DNA from: Candidatus Sericytochromatia bacterium | GTDB taxonomy: Bacteria > Cyanobacteriota > Sericytochromatia > S15B-MN24 > JAQBPE01 | Length of the DNA: 64,000 nucleotides | Assembly (NCBI GenBank): GCA_040400605.1 | Contig: JBBAPZ010000004.1 | Coordinates: 16,721 to 80,720 of the forward strand | Direction: 5' to 3' | Shown: piece after piece, positions 1-9,459 of the stretch | Numbering within the stretch: the stretch's first letter is position 1 | Layout: each line of letters begins with the position of its first letter | Position numbers and translations under genes: made by a program | The notes under the pieces: model-generated | What the model was told of the DNA's origin: nothing | Database searches by the model: none | Seen by the model: only the letters and a program-made list of their open reading frames with translations

Positions 1-2
1 AT

Positions 3-878
3 CAGGGCAATGCCTCTTATATCTCTTACGCTGAGGGACGCGATATCGTGATTGATTCGTTGAAGGCTTTTTCTCCGCGACTCGGTGAGGAAGCCCAGCG
101 TTTTTTTGACGAACACTACATCGATGCGTTCTCGCAACCGGGCAAACGGGCGGGTGCCTACTGTCTGAGTTCGGGCCCCGTTTTTCATCCTTATATTTTT
201 TTAAACTACAACCATACACTTAAAGACGTGATCACCATGGCGCACGAACTGGGACACGGCACGCATAATGTGCTGGTGGGAGAGGCGCAGAACGTGACGA
301 ATGCCGATCGCGTCACGATGTTTATGGAAACGCCGTCGACTTTTAGTGAAACCCTGACCTTTAAACGCCTGTTAACGCGGGAAGTGGATCCGGTGATCCG
401 GCAACAGTTGCTTGGTTCGCAAATTGAGGCCGCGATGTTAAAGGTATTCAAGTCCGTGGCATTGACACGTTTTCAGCTGAATGTGTACCAACGTCGCGCA
501 AGCAGCGTTTTACCTGCCCAATTGCTTTGTCAGATGTGGCAGGAACAGATGGATGCGATGTATGGGGACGTGGTGCAGATGAATGAGTGGGACCGCTGGG
601 AGTGGCTCACCTTCCATCACACCTTGGACAAACCCTTTTACGATTACGCCTATTCGTTTGGCCAGTTGCTCGTTTATGCGTTGATGCGGCGTTACCAGGA
701 AGAGGGCAAGGCGTTTGAGCCGCGTTATTTGGAATTGTTGCGGGCCGGGACCTCAATCACGATTGGGCCGTTGCTGGAAAAAGTGGGCGTTGATCTCCGC
801 GATCCGGAATTTTGGCAAAAAGGCCTGGCCTATCTGGATGATATGGTCAGTGAATTCGAAAGCCTCGCACAAATGTAA
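3..878 (+). CDS. pepF: Oligoendopeptidase F (M3B zinc peptidase), 5'-truncated by window edge
   Basis: Frame open from base 3; motifs GKRAGAY, HELGH zinc motif, ETPSTFSE, FYDYAYSFG. Confidence 0.88.
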   Translation, partial: QGNASYISYAEGRDIVIDSLKAFSPRLGEEAQRFFDEHYIDAFSQPGKRAGAYCLSSGPVFHPYIFLNYNHTLKDVITMAHELGHGTHNVLVGEAQNVTNADRVTMFMETPSTFSETLTFKRLLTREVDPVIRQQLLGSQIEAAMLKVFKSVALTRFQLNVYQRRASSVLPAQLLCQMWQEQMDAMYGDVVQMNEWDRWEWLTFHHTLDKPFYDYAYSFGQLLVYALMRRYQEEGKAFEPRYLELLRAGTSITIGPLLEKVGVDLRDPEFWQKGLAYLDDMVSEFESLAQM

Positions 879-964
879 AAGCATCTTGTCCATTCGGTGC
901 GCGACGCGGCCACGCTTGCCCCGTACAGTCTCTTCTGCAATCACGATTGCGAAGGAGGATGTCC

Positions 965-2902
965 GTGCCTGGCTTGACCGTCCTGTTCGACTCCCGTGCC
1001 CGCGCCGATCTCGCGCAGCGTTTCAGTTTATTACAACGCCACGCCTATAAACGGCGGGGTTATCTGATTGATTCCTGGCGTGACGCCTGTGCTGGTATCG
1101 CGTTGGGACGGCTGGATTTGGGTGTCATCAACCGGGCACCCCAACCCCTGACCAGCATTGATGGGCGGTATCTGCTCGTAGCCCAAGGTGAGATACGGGA
1201 TTGCGACCGTGTGAGGCAAACCCTGAACGCGCGCGGGGTACCACTGACGGGACGGGATCACGCCGATGTCTTTCTCGCAACCTACGTAGCGGATGGCGCA
1301 GCGGGTGTCGCAAGCCTCAATGGGTCGTATTTTTTGGCCGTATGGGATCGGCACGAGTCAACCTTGACCCTGGTGAGCGATCGCTATGCATCCCGCCCCC
1401 ATGTGATGGCGCGGTTGGGCGATCGCTTTTACCTGGCCCCCGACATCGCAGCCATTCGCGAAGCCCGTCTGACCCCCGCAATGATGGACCTCAACGGCGT
1501 GGCTGCCTGCCTGGCTTTTGAGTATCCCCTAGGCGACGATACCAACATCGCAGGCATCCAGGCATTCCCAGCCGCAACCATCATGCGCATCCACGCCGAT
1601 GGAACCGACTCTGTGTGTTACTGGAAGCCGTTCTACACAGGGGGCATCGAATCAAGACCGCGTCCGCGCGCCGCTTGGCTCGAAGAGGCGACCGAACGTT
1701 TCAAACAAGCCATCAGACGCAGCTTGCAAGGCGACGTGGTGGTCACCCTAAGCGGCGGTACGGACACCCGCTTGATGGTCGCCTTCGCCTCCCGATTCGA
1801 CTTTCCGGCTTACACCTTCGGTCATCCCCGCAGCGACGACGTACGCCTTGCGAGGCGGGTAGCGGCAGCACGAGGTCTGAACCATCACCTGGCAACGTTG
1901 CGTTCCGATTACCTGATTACCGAAACTCCCAGAATACTCGAACTCGGCGAAGGGCTGGTGAGCCTGTTTCACGCGCACAACAGCGATGGCATCGATGAGG
2001 TAGCCGGACTTGCCCCAACCGCTGTTTATGGCGTCACGTCACCGTTCGGGCGCATCGAGGGCGTGGATGGCATCTTGCAGGAACGCCCCACGTCGCTTGT
2101 CCAGCGGCTCGAACTGCTCTTGCGTCATGCATGGCACGGCCGCCCGGTACTGACGAATTTTGAATCCCACGAGGCGTTGACGCAACGGGTGTTTGCATCC
2201 TTATGGCAAGGTTGCTCTCCGTCGGATCTCGTCACTTGCTTCGATGACGACTTCGCACGCTCTTTGCTGCAGTGTCTTGATACCCGTTTTGCGCACGAAG
2301 CGGCGCTGATTGAAGCGGATGGCCCCGAAGACTGGCTCACCAGCTTTGGCCTGGTCCATCGTCAGCGCCGCTTCACCCAGTGGGGCCTCAAAATCGCAGG
2401 AACTGCGCACGAGGTGCGCAAGGCCTTTGACGATTATGAATTGACGGATTTTCATCTGCGCCTCCCGGCCGCGACGAGACGGAAACTGGTTGCAGAGGTG
2501 ATCAAACACCAAGCACCCGATCTCGCCCGCATTCCCCGTACGGGCTCCGGCGTCGCGATTAGCGCCAGTTGGCCCACGCGCGCGGTGGGCTACGGCATCA
2601 AGCAGATGAAACGATACCGGCACGCCGGCCGTACCCAGGCGTTTGCGGATCCACAAGCGCTTCTGCGCCACGAAGCCAAGCAATACTTCGAAGACATTCT
2701 GCTCGACACAAGCACCCTCAACAACGGCTTTTTTAACGCCAACGGCCTGCGTGAGCTGTGGCGGCGGCATCAGTCCGGTGAGCGCCAAGCCGCAAGTGCT
2801 CTGTTAGCCCTCGTTACCTTCGAACTGTGGCGCAGACAACTGCGATTGGCGCCACGGCACGCAGTGGATGCCAATTTTCCGCACCGGGATTCCGGCCTGT
2901 GA
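965..2902 (+). CDS. Asparagine synthase-like amidotransferase (Ntn-GATase-like domain + ATP pyrophosphatase)
   Basis: RBS GAAGGAGG at 951-958, probable GTG start (MPGL...); LNGSY..WD, SDRYASRP, LSGGTDTR PP-loop, C-terminal LLALVTFELW. Confidence 0.8.
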   Translation: MPGLTVLFDSRARADLAQRFSLLQRHAYKRRGYLIDSWRDACAGIALGRLDLGVINRAPQPLTSIDGRYLLVAQGEIRDCDRVRQTLNARGVPLTGRDHADVFLATYVADGAAGVASLNGSYFLAVWDRHESTLTLVSDRYASRPHVMARLGDRFYLAPDIAAIREARLTPAMMDLNGVAACLAFEYPLGDDTNIAGIQAFPAATIMRIHADGTDSVCYWKPFYTGGIESRPRPRAAWLEEATERFKQAIRRSLQGDVVVTLSGGTDTRLMVAFASRFDFPAYTFGHPRSDDVRLARRVAAARGLNHHLATLRSDYLITETPRILELGEGLVSLFHAHNSDGIDEVAGLAPTAVYGVTSPFGRIEGVDGILQERPTSLVQRLELLLRHAWHGRPVLTNFESHEALTQRVFASLWQGCSPSDLVTCFDDDFARSLLQCLDTRFAHEAALIEADGPEDWLTSFGLVHRQRRFTQWGLKIAGTAHEVRKAFDDYELTDFHLRLPAATRRKLVAEVIKHQAPDLARIPRTGSGVAISASWPTRAVGYGIKQMKRYRHAGRTQAFADPQALLRHEAKQYFEDILLDTSTLNNGFFNANGLRELWRRHQSGERQAASALLALVTFELWRRQLRLAPRHAVDANFPHRDSGL

Positions 2903-3041
2903 TGCGTTTGCGTAAAACATTGACACACGATGGTCGATATAAAAACGCTTTGACTGGTGCCTAAATCTTCTCTGTTTTGAGTCAGAGCAGGTGCGTGCGT
3001 GATGTTTTTGCCTCTGCCATGTCCAACCGCGTTGAGTGTTA

Positions 3042-3082
3042 AGCAAGGATTGGCTCTTATTCAATAACAGCCAATCCTTGCT
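3042..3082. terminator. Probable bidirectional intrinsic terminator
   Basis: Perfect 14-bp inverted repeat AGCAAGGATTGGCT...AGCCAATCCTTGCT between convergent genes, T-rich run downstream on + strand. Confidence 0.65.
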
Positions 3083-3160
3083 CAATGTTTTTCGTTTGCG
3101 ACCCAAGTTTTTAACCCAAACCGATGCGTCACCTTAGCGTTGGCTGGTTGTGTTCGACCG

Positions 3161-3604
3161 TCAGGGACGCTTGCGAGACAGGAATACAGCACCTTTAAAA
3201 CTGTGAATCAGACTGTCCGACACGCTGCCAAGCAACAATCGTCCCATCCAGCCACGGCCATGACTGCCAACAACGAGAATGTCCACGCCCAATCTCGTAC
3301 ATTCGCTTAAAATCGTGCTGGCCGGATCCCCAACCGCAACATGGTGATAGGGTTGGGCAACGCCTGCTTGAATCAAGGCCGCACAGGCGGCTTGAGCGTA
3401 AGTCTCGGCTTCGGAGCGTGCCGCTTCGATGGCTGGATGGATGATGGGAGCCCCACTTTCAAAGTAACCCAGATCGCTTCCCAGAGGCCCCGGGTCGCCA
3501 ACGGCCAAGACCGACCATGTGGCTTCTTTATTCAACACCCTTGCCGCTTCATGCAGGGCATGAAGCGCTTCGTCTGAACCGTCCGTTGCGATTAAAATGT
3601 GCAT
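3161..3604 (-). CDS. Universal stress protein (single Usp domain)
   Basis: ILIATDGS start; GDPAxxI, VVGSHGRG, LLGSVS motifs. Confidence 0.92.
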   Translation of the reverse strand: MHILIATDGSDEALHALHEAARVLNKEATWSVLAVGDPGPLGSDLGYFESGAPIIHPAIEAARSEAETYAQAACAALIQAGVAQPYHHVAVGDPASTILSECTRLGVDILVVGSHGRGWMGRLLLGSVSDSLIHSFKGAVFLSRKRP

Positions 3605-3777
3605 GCGTCATCAGCCTCCTGACGTCAGGCACAGCCTGCCTGAACACCCGCGCGAAGCAGGTGCCGGTTGCAGAATGTGCAGGGTGTCTTCGTCACGATG
3701 CTGATTTTTGGGATCCGCGACAACACCCGGACAATGGTTGAAACCCAGGACCTTGCCAGTGGTCCTTGCTTGGAAGT

Positions 3778-3807
3778 TTGCAGGGCCTCCGCTCTTGCGC
3801 TTATAAT
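3778..3807 (+). promoter_or_regulatory. Candidate sigma70 promoter for pmtA-psd
   Basis: TTGCAG-N18-TATAAT ending 18 bp upstream of the GTG at 3826. Confidence 0.45.
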
Positions 3808-3825
3808 GTTGCTAAATAAAGGCAG

Positions 3826-4419
3826 GTGGCGGTGCGCGATCATTTTCAGTTTTTTCTTCGATTTTTGAGCAACCCCCGCAAAGTGGGCTCAGTCATGCCC
3901 AGTTCACCCCAACTGGTTCGTGACCTCCTTGATGGCGTCGACTTCGATGCAGCGCGGGTCGTGGTTGAATTTGGGCCCGGAACAGGGGTTTTTAGCAGCG
4001 AAATCGTCAAACGCCTACACCCCGAAGCACATTTGGTTTGCATCGAACTGAACGACGAATTTTTTCACACCATGTGCAGCCGTTTCAAGGACCCACGCGT
4101 CAAGGTGATTCACGGCAGCGCCGCAGATGTGCAGACCATTTTGGAACAGTTGGGACTCGACCGTGCAGATGCCATTGTGTCTGGTTTGCCGTTTACGACG
4201 CTCCCTGAGCAGATTCGTCACGAGATCTTGCGTGGCACAGTGAGCGCACTCAAACCGAATGGCCGGTTTTTGTTGTACCAATACTCACTCTTTTTAATGA
4301 ACCACCTGCGACATTATTTTGAGCAGATTCAGTTGCGACGCACCATCTTGAACCTGCCGCCGGCGTACACCTTTTACTGCGATGCCCCACGTGGCACAGA
4401 TACGGTGTATCCCGCGTGA
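3826..4419 (+). CDS. pmtA: Phospholipid N-methyltransferase (PmtA, Sinorhizobium-type) class I SAM methyltransferase
   Basis: PRKVGSVMPSS, VVEFGPGTG, IVSGLP, NLPPA motifs; overlaps psd start. Confidence 0.7.
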   Translation: MAVRDHFQFFLRFLSNPRKVGSVMPSSPQLVRDLLDGVDFDAARVVVEFGPGTGVFSSEIVKRLHPEAHLVCIELNDEFFHTMCSRFKDPRVKVIHGSAADVQTILEQLGLDRADAIVSGLPFTTLPEQIRHEILRGTVSALKPNGRFLLYQYSLFLMNHLRHYFEQIQLRRTILNLPPAYTFYCDAPRGTDTVYPA

Positions 4420-5330
4420 CCACATCGGAACCCCGCGGTGCGTTCGTTCGTGTGCGCGATCGCCAAACCCAGGCTGTCGTCGAAGAACCCGTCTACGCAG
4501 CCTTCGCTCTATCACTGCTTTACGAACACCGCCTCAGTGCCTGGCTGGTCAATCTGGCTTGTAAACGCCACTGGGTGAGCACCCTGTATGGCTTACGTAT
4601 GCACAGCCGTGCCAGCCGCGCTCTCATCCAACCCCTGATCGAGCAATTTGACATCGATCCGACTGAAGCAGAACTCGACGTGGCGGCTTACCCCCATTTC
4701 AACGCGTTCTTTGAGCGTCGCCTCAAACCGGATGCCCGTGTGTATTCCGATGACCCAACCCAGTTCGGTTCGCCAGGAGATGGCAAGTTGTTGGTCTACC
4801 CTGAGTTGGCCACAACCACTCATTTACCCATCAAGGGTCTGAATGTGAGTCTGGCCGCTTTGCTGGACGACGAATCAATGGCCAATCGATACTGCGGAGG
4901 CGCGGCCATCGTGCTGCGACTGGCGCCTCAGGATTATCACCGCTTTCATTTCCCCGTGGCCGGCTTGGCAACGGAGGCGCGCACCATTCCGGGTATCTAC
5001 CATTCGGTCAATCCGATTGCCGTCAAGAAAGTACCGGGTTTGTTCGGGTTGAACAAACGGATGTCTGCCACCTTGCATACTCAAGCTTTTGGACAGGTGG
5101 TTCTGGTGGAGGTGGGGGCGATCATGATCGGGACGATCATGCAGAATTACGTCCCCGGCGCGGTAGTTGCGGGACAGGAAAAAGGGCACTTTCGCTACGG
5201 CGGCTCCACCATCATCGTACTTTTCGAACCGGCTTGCATCACCTTTGATGATGACCTGCTTCGTGATTCGGCGTCTGGCCTCGAAGTGCGGGTCAAAGCC
5301 GGCGAGGTGGTCGGGCGTGCCCGCGCTTAA
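4416..5330 (+). CDS. psd: Phosphatidylserine decarboxylase
   Basis: FNAFFERRLKP, RLAPQDYHRFH, EVGA, GGST pyruvoyl self-cleavage motif. Confidence 0.93.
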   Translation: MTTSEPRGAFVRVRDRQTQAVVEEPVYAAFALSLLYEHRLSAWLVNLACKRHWVSTLYGLRMHSRASRALIQPLIEQFDIDPTEAELDVAAYPHFNAFFERRLKPDARVYSDDPTQFGSPGDGKLLVYPELATTTHLPIKGLNVSLAALLDDESMANRYCGGAAIVLRLAPQDYHRFHFPVAGLATEARTIPGIYHSVNPIAVKKVPGLFGLNKRMSATLHTQAFGQVVLVEVGAIMIGTIMQNYVPGAVVAGQEKGHFRYGGSTIIVLFEPACITFDDDLLRDSASGLEVRVKAGEVVGRARA

Positions 5331-6184
5331 GACGTTTTTACAATACTGACGCGCCGGAACAACAGTTGGGCAAGGGGCGTTGCCGCATAGCAAAGGTACA
5401 TCAGTGCCACCGCAGGACCGATGCCCATCAAAACGGCGACCACGCATAGAATCGCCACATGCCAACGGGGTTGCAACTTTCTTAAATAATGCTTGGGCCA
5501 ATCGGCATAGCAAGCGCTCGACACCATCAAACCAGCCACTACGGCACCGAGCGCAGGCAACAACACATGTAAACCATTGGTGAGCCCAATGGCCAAGCCA
5601 GCGGGCAGCACCACAAAACCCAAGTGCCCGCCACTCACATTCACGACGGTAATTGCCAGCGCCGCAACCAGCGAGGCAGCCGCGGGCGAGGGCATGCCCT
5701 TGAAATAAAGATGCCCCAATTCATCTTGCGGATCCTCCACGTTAAAACGCGCCAAGCGCAAGAGCACCGCCATCAAAAACAGCCCGCCGATGACCCAACC
5801 CACCCACGGCAAAGCAGGCATTAAACCCATGCGCTCCCAATAAAGACCAATCAGATACGCGGGCGCAACCCCAAAACCCACTGCATCGCACAAAGAATCC
5901 AACTGCGCCCCAAAAGCACTGTTAGTGCGGGTTAAACGCGCCACGAATCCATCCAGCATGTCAAATAGGGAAGCGACAAGAATTAAATAGCCCGCCAGCC
6001 GCAATGGTTCCCAACTCGCCGCGTCGTCACCAAAAACACCAACATCCCGCAAAACCACCAACGCTGCAAATCCGCACAACGCATTGCCCAACGTCATAAC
6101 TGTCGGCAACACAATCAGCCACCGCCGTGGTTGTGGTCTGGACTCCTCCTGGAAGATTAAAACAGGCGCCACATCTTCGGCCAT
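5327..6184 (-). CDS. pssA: CDP-diacylglycerol--serine O-phosphatidyltransferase (CDP-alcohol phosphotransferase)
   Basis: DMLDGFVAR...FGAQLDSLCD motif, RLARFN, FKGMPSP; start placed at ATG 6184. Confidence 0.88.
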   Translation of the reverse strand: MAEDVAPVLIFQEESRPQPRRWLIVLPTVMTLGNALCGFAALVVLRDVGVFGDDAASWEPLRLAGYLILVASLFDMLDGFVARLTRTNSAFGAQLDSLCDAVGFGVAPAYLIGLYWERMGLMPALPWVGWVIGGLFLMAVLLRLARFNVEDPQDELGHLYFKGMPSPAAASLVAALAITVVNVSGGHLGFVVLPAGLAIGLTNGLHVLLPALGAVVAGLMVSSACYADWPKHYLRKLQPRWHVAILCVVAVLMGIGPAVALMYLCYAATPLAQLLFRRVSIVKTS

Positions 6185-6457
6185 GCTGGTTTGAAACAAC
6201 CTCTCGACACTGCACCAATCGGTCGCGGACCGGTGGCGACCCTTTATTTTACGATTTTTGCATGGTTCCAGCGAGGGGTGTATGAAAATTTTGAAGCACG
6301 GCGCCTCAAGACGGTCGCTCATTTGGTCGTCACACTGGCCAATGCACCACTGGTTATCTGTGTCCGAACAGCGGTTCCATCATCAGATATTGAACAACAG
6401 TCAGGATTTTATTCACCAATCAACGCGTTTCTGTATCGTTGCACGCGACCGGAAATT

Positions 6458-7789
6458 GTGGAAAGGACAGCTAGATTGGCTTCGCAGTTACAATCGGCAC
6501 AGCGTTTGCGACGCGGCATCGGCTCGAACGCCGCTGGCGTGATTCTGGTGCAAGCCTTGCAATACACGTGTTTTTTGGTGGTTGCCAATACCTTGACGCC
6601 CGCCGTGCTTGGTATGTGGACGAGTGCCAATGTGATGATTGCAGCTTTAACCTTGCTGGCCGACTTGGGTGTGGGCGTGTGGTACATTCGCACGGCAACG
6701 CCATCACCACAGGCTTTGGCATCGGCATTTTGGCTTAGCGCGGTTTTTGGAACCGGGTTGAGCCTTCTTGCCGGGTGTGCACTCGGCCTTGGGATCCCCG
6801 GTGTACAACTCGCGTGGCGCGAACTGGTGATGGGCCTGCTGCCGGTTGTCGTCTTGGTTGCGGTCTCATCCGTGCCGCGGGCCCACCTCGAAAAAACCTT
6901 GGCCTTTGGTCGCATCGCCGTGATTGAGTCCATTGCGATGCTCGTCAATGTCACTGTAACCCTCGGATTGTTAAAACTGGGTGCCGGTGTCTGGGCCTTG
7001 GCCTTCGGACTGCTGGCCTTGCACCTGGTTCAGTCCGTGCTTTATTGGCTGCACGCGCGTTTGGCGATCCAGCATCTGCCTGACCGGGCTGAGTGCCGCC
7101 AAATTCTGCGTTTCGGTTTACCCCTCCTCGGTACGCGTGGACTGGGTCATTTTAATGCGAACATTGATTATGTGCTGATTGGCAGCCTGTTCGGCACGGC
7201 CATGCTGGGTCAGTATGCGCTCGCCTACAAACTGGTCACCTATCCCATGTTAAAAGTCTCAAGCACCGTCATGCGCGTGGCCTACCCCATCTTTGCGCAA
7301 TTGCAGAACGATTTGCCCCAGTCACGCGATGTGTATCGCAAACTGGTGCGGCGCTTGGCGTGGTGTCTAATGCCCGCCCTGGTTGCGTTGGCTGTGTATG
7401 CCGATCGCCTCATTCCCGCCCTGTTCGGCGCTCACTGGGAAGCTGCCGTCGTCTTCACGCGCATTTTGGTATTCGTCGGACTCCTAAAAGCACTGAGCTT
7501 TGCCGTGGGACTGATTTATGTCAGCCAAGGACGGCCCGACATGGAGTTTCGCGCCAATCTGATGGGAACCTGTGTCTTGCCCCTGTGCCTGTGGGTCGGG
7601 ACCTTCTGGGGACCTTACGGCCTTGCCTGGGGCTTTGTCGTCACTGCTTGCATGCTGGCGCCTTATCAAGTGTTTCGCGCACACGCACTGATTGGCCTCA
7701 CAACCCGACACTACCTCGGCGCGCTCAAATACCCACTGGGCGTGAGCACCCTCGTCGGCGCCTTCCTTTACGCCACCACCTACCCTTGA
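6458..7789 (+). CDS. wzx: Wzx/WzxC-like polysaccharide flippase (MOP superfamily)
   Basis: Multi-TM; DLGVG, NIDYVLIG..FG...LGQY..AY; start at GTG 6458 uncertain. Confidence 0.8.
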   Translation: MERTARLASQLQSAQRLRRGIGSNAAGVILVQALQYTCFLVVANTLTPAVLGMWTSANVMIAALTLLADLGVGVWYIRTATPSPQALASAFWLSAVFGTGLSLLAGCALGLGIPGVQLAWRELVMGLLPVVVLVAVSSVPRAHLEKTLAFGRIAVIESIAMLVNVTVTLGLLKLGAGVWALAFGLLALHLVQSVLYWLHARLAIQHLPDRAECRQILRFGLPLLGTRGLGHFNANIDYVLIGSLFGTAMLGQYALAYKLVTYPMLKVSSTVMRVAYPIFAQLQNDLPQSRDVYRKLVRRLAWCLMPALVALAVYADRLIPALFGAHWEAAVVFTRILVFVGLLKALSFAVGLIYVSQGRPDMEFRANLMGTCVLPLCLWVGTFWGPYGLAWGFVVTACMLAPYQVFRAHALIGLTTRHYLGALKYPLGVSTLVGAFLYATTYP

Positions 7790-7814
7790 TGCTTACGAAC
7801 ACAGCGTTGGTCGG

Positions 7815-8285
7815 TTACGACAATCTAAACGGACGTTTGGTCCCAATCAACAAATCCCACCAGTGAAACGTCATGGCGAGAAGGTGGTCAAGTTCTTCTG
7901 TTGCGGAACCACGCGCGAGCGTCTCGGGTGGCAAACAGTACGCCGCAATTGGTGAGGCCTGCAGCATATGTTGAACACCAACCGACAGTCCGCCTCCTGC
8001 ATAGGCGATGCATCCAGGAATATAGGTGCGCACTGATTCCATGTCAGCCAATGCATAAGGAATTTTTTCATCGACCGTGCCTTGCGTGTCCTGAAACTTA
8101 CATTCAATGCAAAAAGCTTTATCCGTATCCATGTTTACAACAAGAATGTCCATACGACGGTTTTTGCCAATAATCGTTTTGCCGAGGCTTAATTCGCGAT
8201 AAACCTCTACCCCGCGATCACCATAGTTTTTAAGAACATAAGAAGCAATTCTATTTGCATATTCACTACCGGTCATTTTAATCAC
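7815..8285 (-). CDS. Small PD-(D/E)xK nuclease, putative restriction endonuclease
   Basis: RMDILV...IECKFQDTQGTVDEK catalytic pattern; directly downstream of a DNA methyltransferase. Confidence 0.75.
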   Translation of the reverse strand: MIKMTGSEYANRIASYVLKNYGDRGVEVYRELSLGKTIIGKNRRMDILVVNMDTDKAFCIECKFQDTQGTVDEKIPYALADMESVRTYIPGCIAYAGGGLSVGVQHMLQASPIAAYCLPPETLARGSATEELDHLLAMTFHWWDLLIGTKRPFRLS

Positions 8286-8314
8286 CTGTATCGTCCATCC
8301 AAAGATGAATACGC

Positions 8315-9058
8315 TTAGCCAATCAAACGAAGTTGTGTAATTTTATCATCAGTACTGTATGTTTCGACGAACGGCTGACCGCCGGCAGCTTTGATCCTGC
8401 CTTCTGTTATATCCACCGCCTCAGCACAAATGTCATTCCCTTTAAAGGAACGCCCCAAGCCGATTGCCGCGACCCCTACAGAACCAGATCCTGAAAAGGG
8501 ATCAATCACCAACTCACCAGGCATCGAACTCTGCTGCACCAGAATCTCACTCACCTTGACAGGTTTCTCTGTTGGATAGCCATTGAAAACCCGAGGCACT
8601 TCAATGATGTCAGATATACCCAAATCATTTAATTTTCGCTTCCCTTTTTCGAAGAATAGGATGTTTTCATAACGGGCACGATAATGATAACCCATGCCAA
8701 TTTTTTTCTTATCCCAAATGATCGGTTTCCAAAACTTAAAGCCGACGCGCTCTGCGATGGGCTTTGCAGCAAACATGGTCTCGGGATCACAGAAAAGATA
8801 AAAATGCGAGTTCTTTTTTAAAACTCGGTAAAATTCACCAAACAAGGCCTCGAACCGTTCATTCGGAAATATTTTGAACCAGTCATTGCTCGATGCTTTG
8901 CTGTGCTTGAGTCGTGTTGTTGTACCAACCGCTCGATGTTTTTCTAATGATTCGTATGGCGGGTCCGTAATGATCAAATCCACTGACGCACTCGGCAATG
9001 TTCGCAACCACTCAATCGCATCACAACACGATACGCGGTAAAAAGCCTCTCCGTTCAT
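8315..9058 (-). CDS. Site-specific DNA amino-methyltransferase, beta class (N4-mC/N6-mA)
   Basis: DPPY near N-terminus, YPTEKP, DPFSGSGS SAM motif near C-terminus. Confidence 0.92.
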   Translation of the reverse strand: MNGEAFYRVSCCDAIEWLRTLPSASVDLIITDPPYESLEKHRAVGTTTRLKHSKASSNDWFKIFPNERFEALFGEFYRVLKKNSHFYLFCDPETMFAAKPIAERVGFKFWKPIIWDKKKIGMGYHYRARYENILFFEKGKRKLNDLGISDIIEVPRVFNGYPTEKPVKVSEILVQQSSMPGELVIDPFSGSGSVGVAAIGLGRSFKGNDICAEAVDITEGRIKAAGGQPFVETYSTDDKITQLRLIG

Positions 9059-9459
9059 CCGTCGTGCCTCCCACGCCTAACGTCATCAATCAGTCGTTGT
9101 GTGCAAATTTAAGCGACCATCCACGCGTGGCATGATAGAACGTTTGTTCCCAGGATGTCAATTGGTCATTTCAATGAGGCCGCGGCTGGTACACGGCATG
9201 AAAATCGTTTTGGTGAGAGAAACCCAGTCGACTTGGGGGAAACTCAAGCCCTATTCCGGTGACGCTGTAAGATACAGCGCCTGCCTAACAGACCACCCCA
9301 ATGCCTTGAATGGCCCGTTAGTGGCCTAAACAGATTGTTGTTCCACCGACCCCGGGCAACTGGGGTTTCAACTTGTCCGAAAAAACGTGCGGTATCGACG
9401 TCAGTTATTCAATCCCGAAAACGATGATATCGGGAAGTACCCGAGGATGGAGCGTCGGC

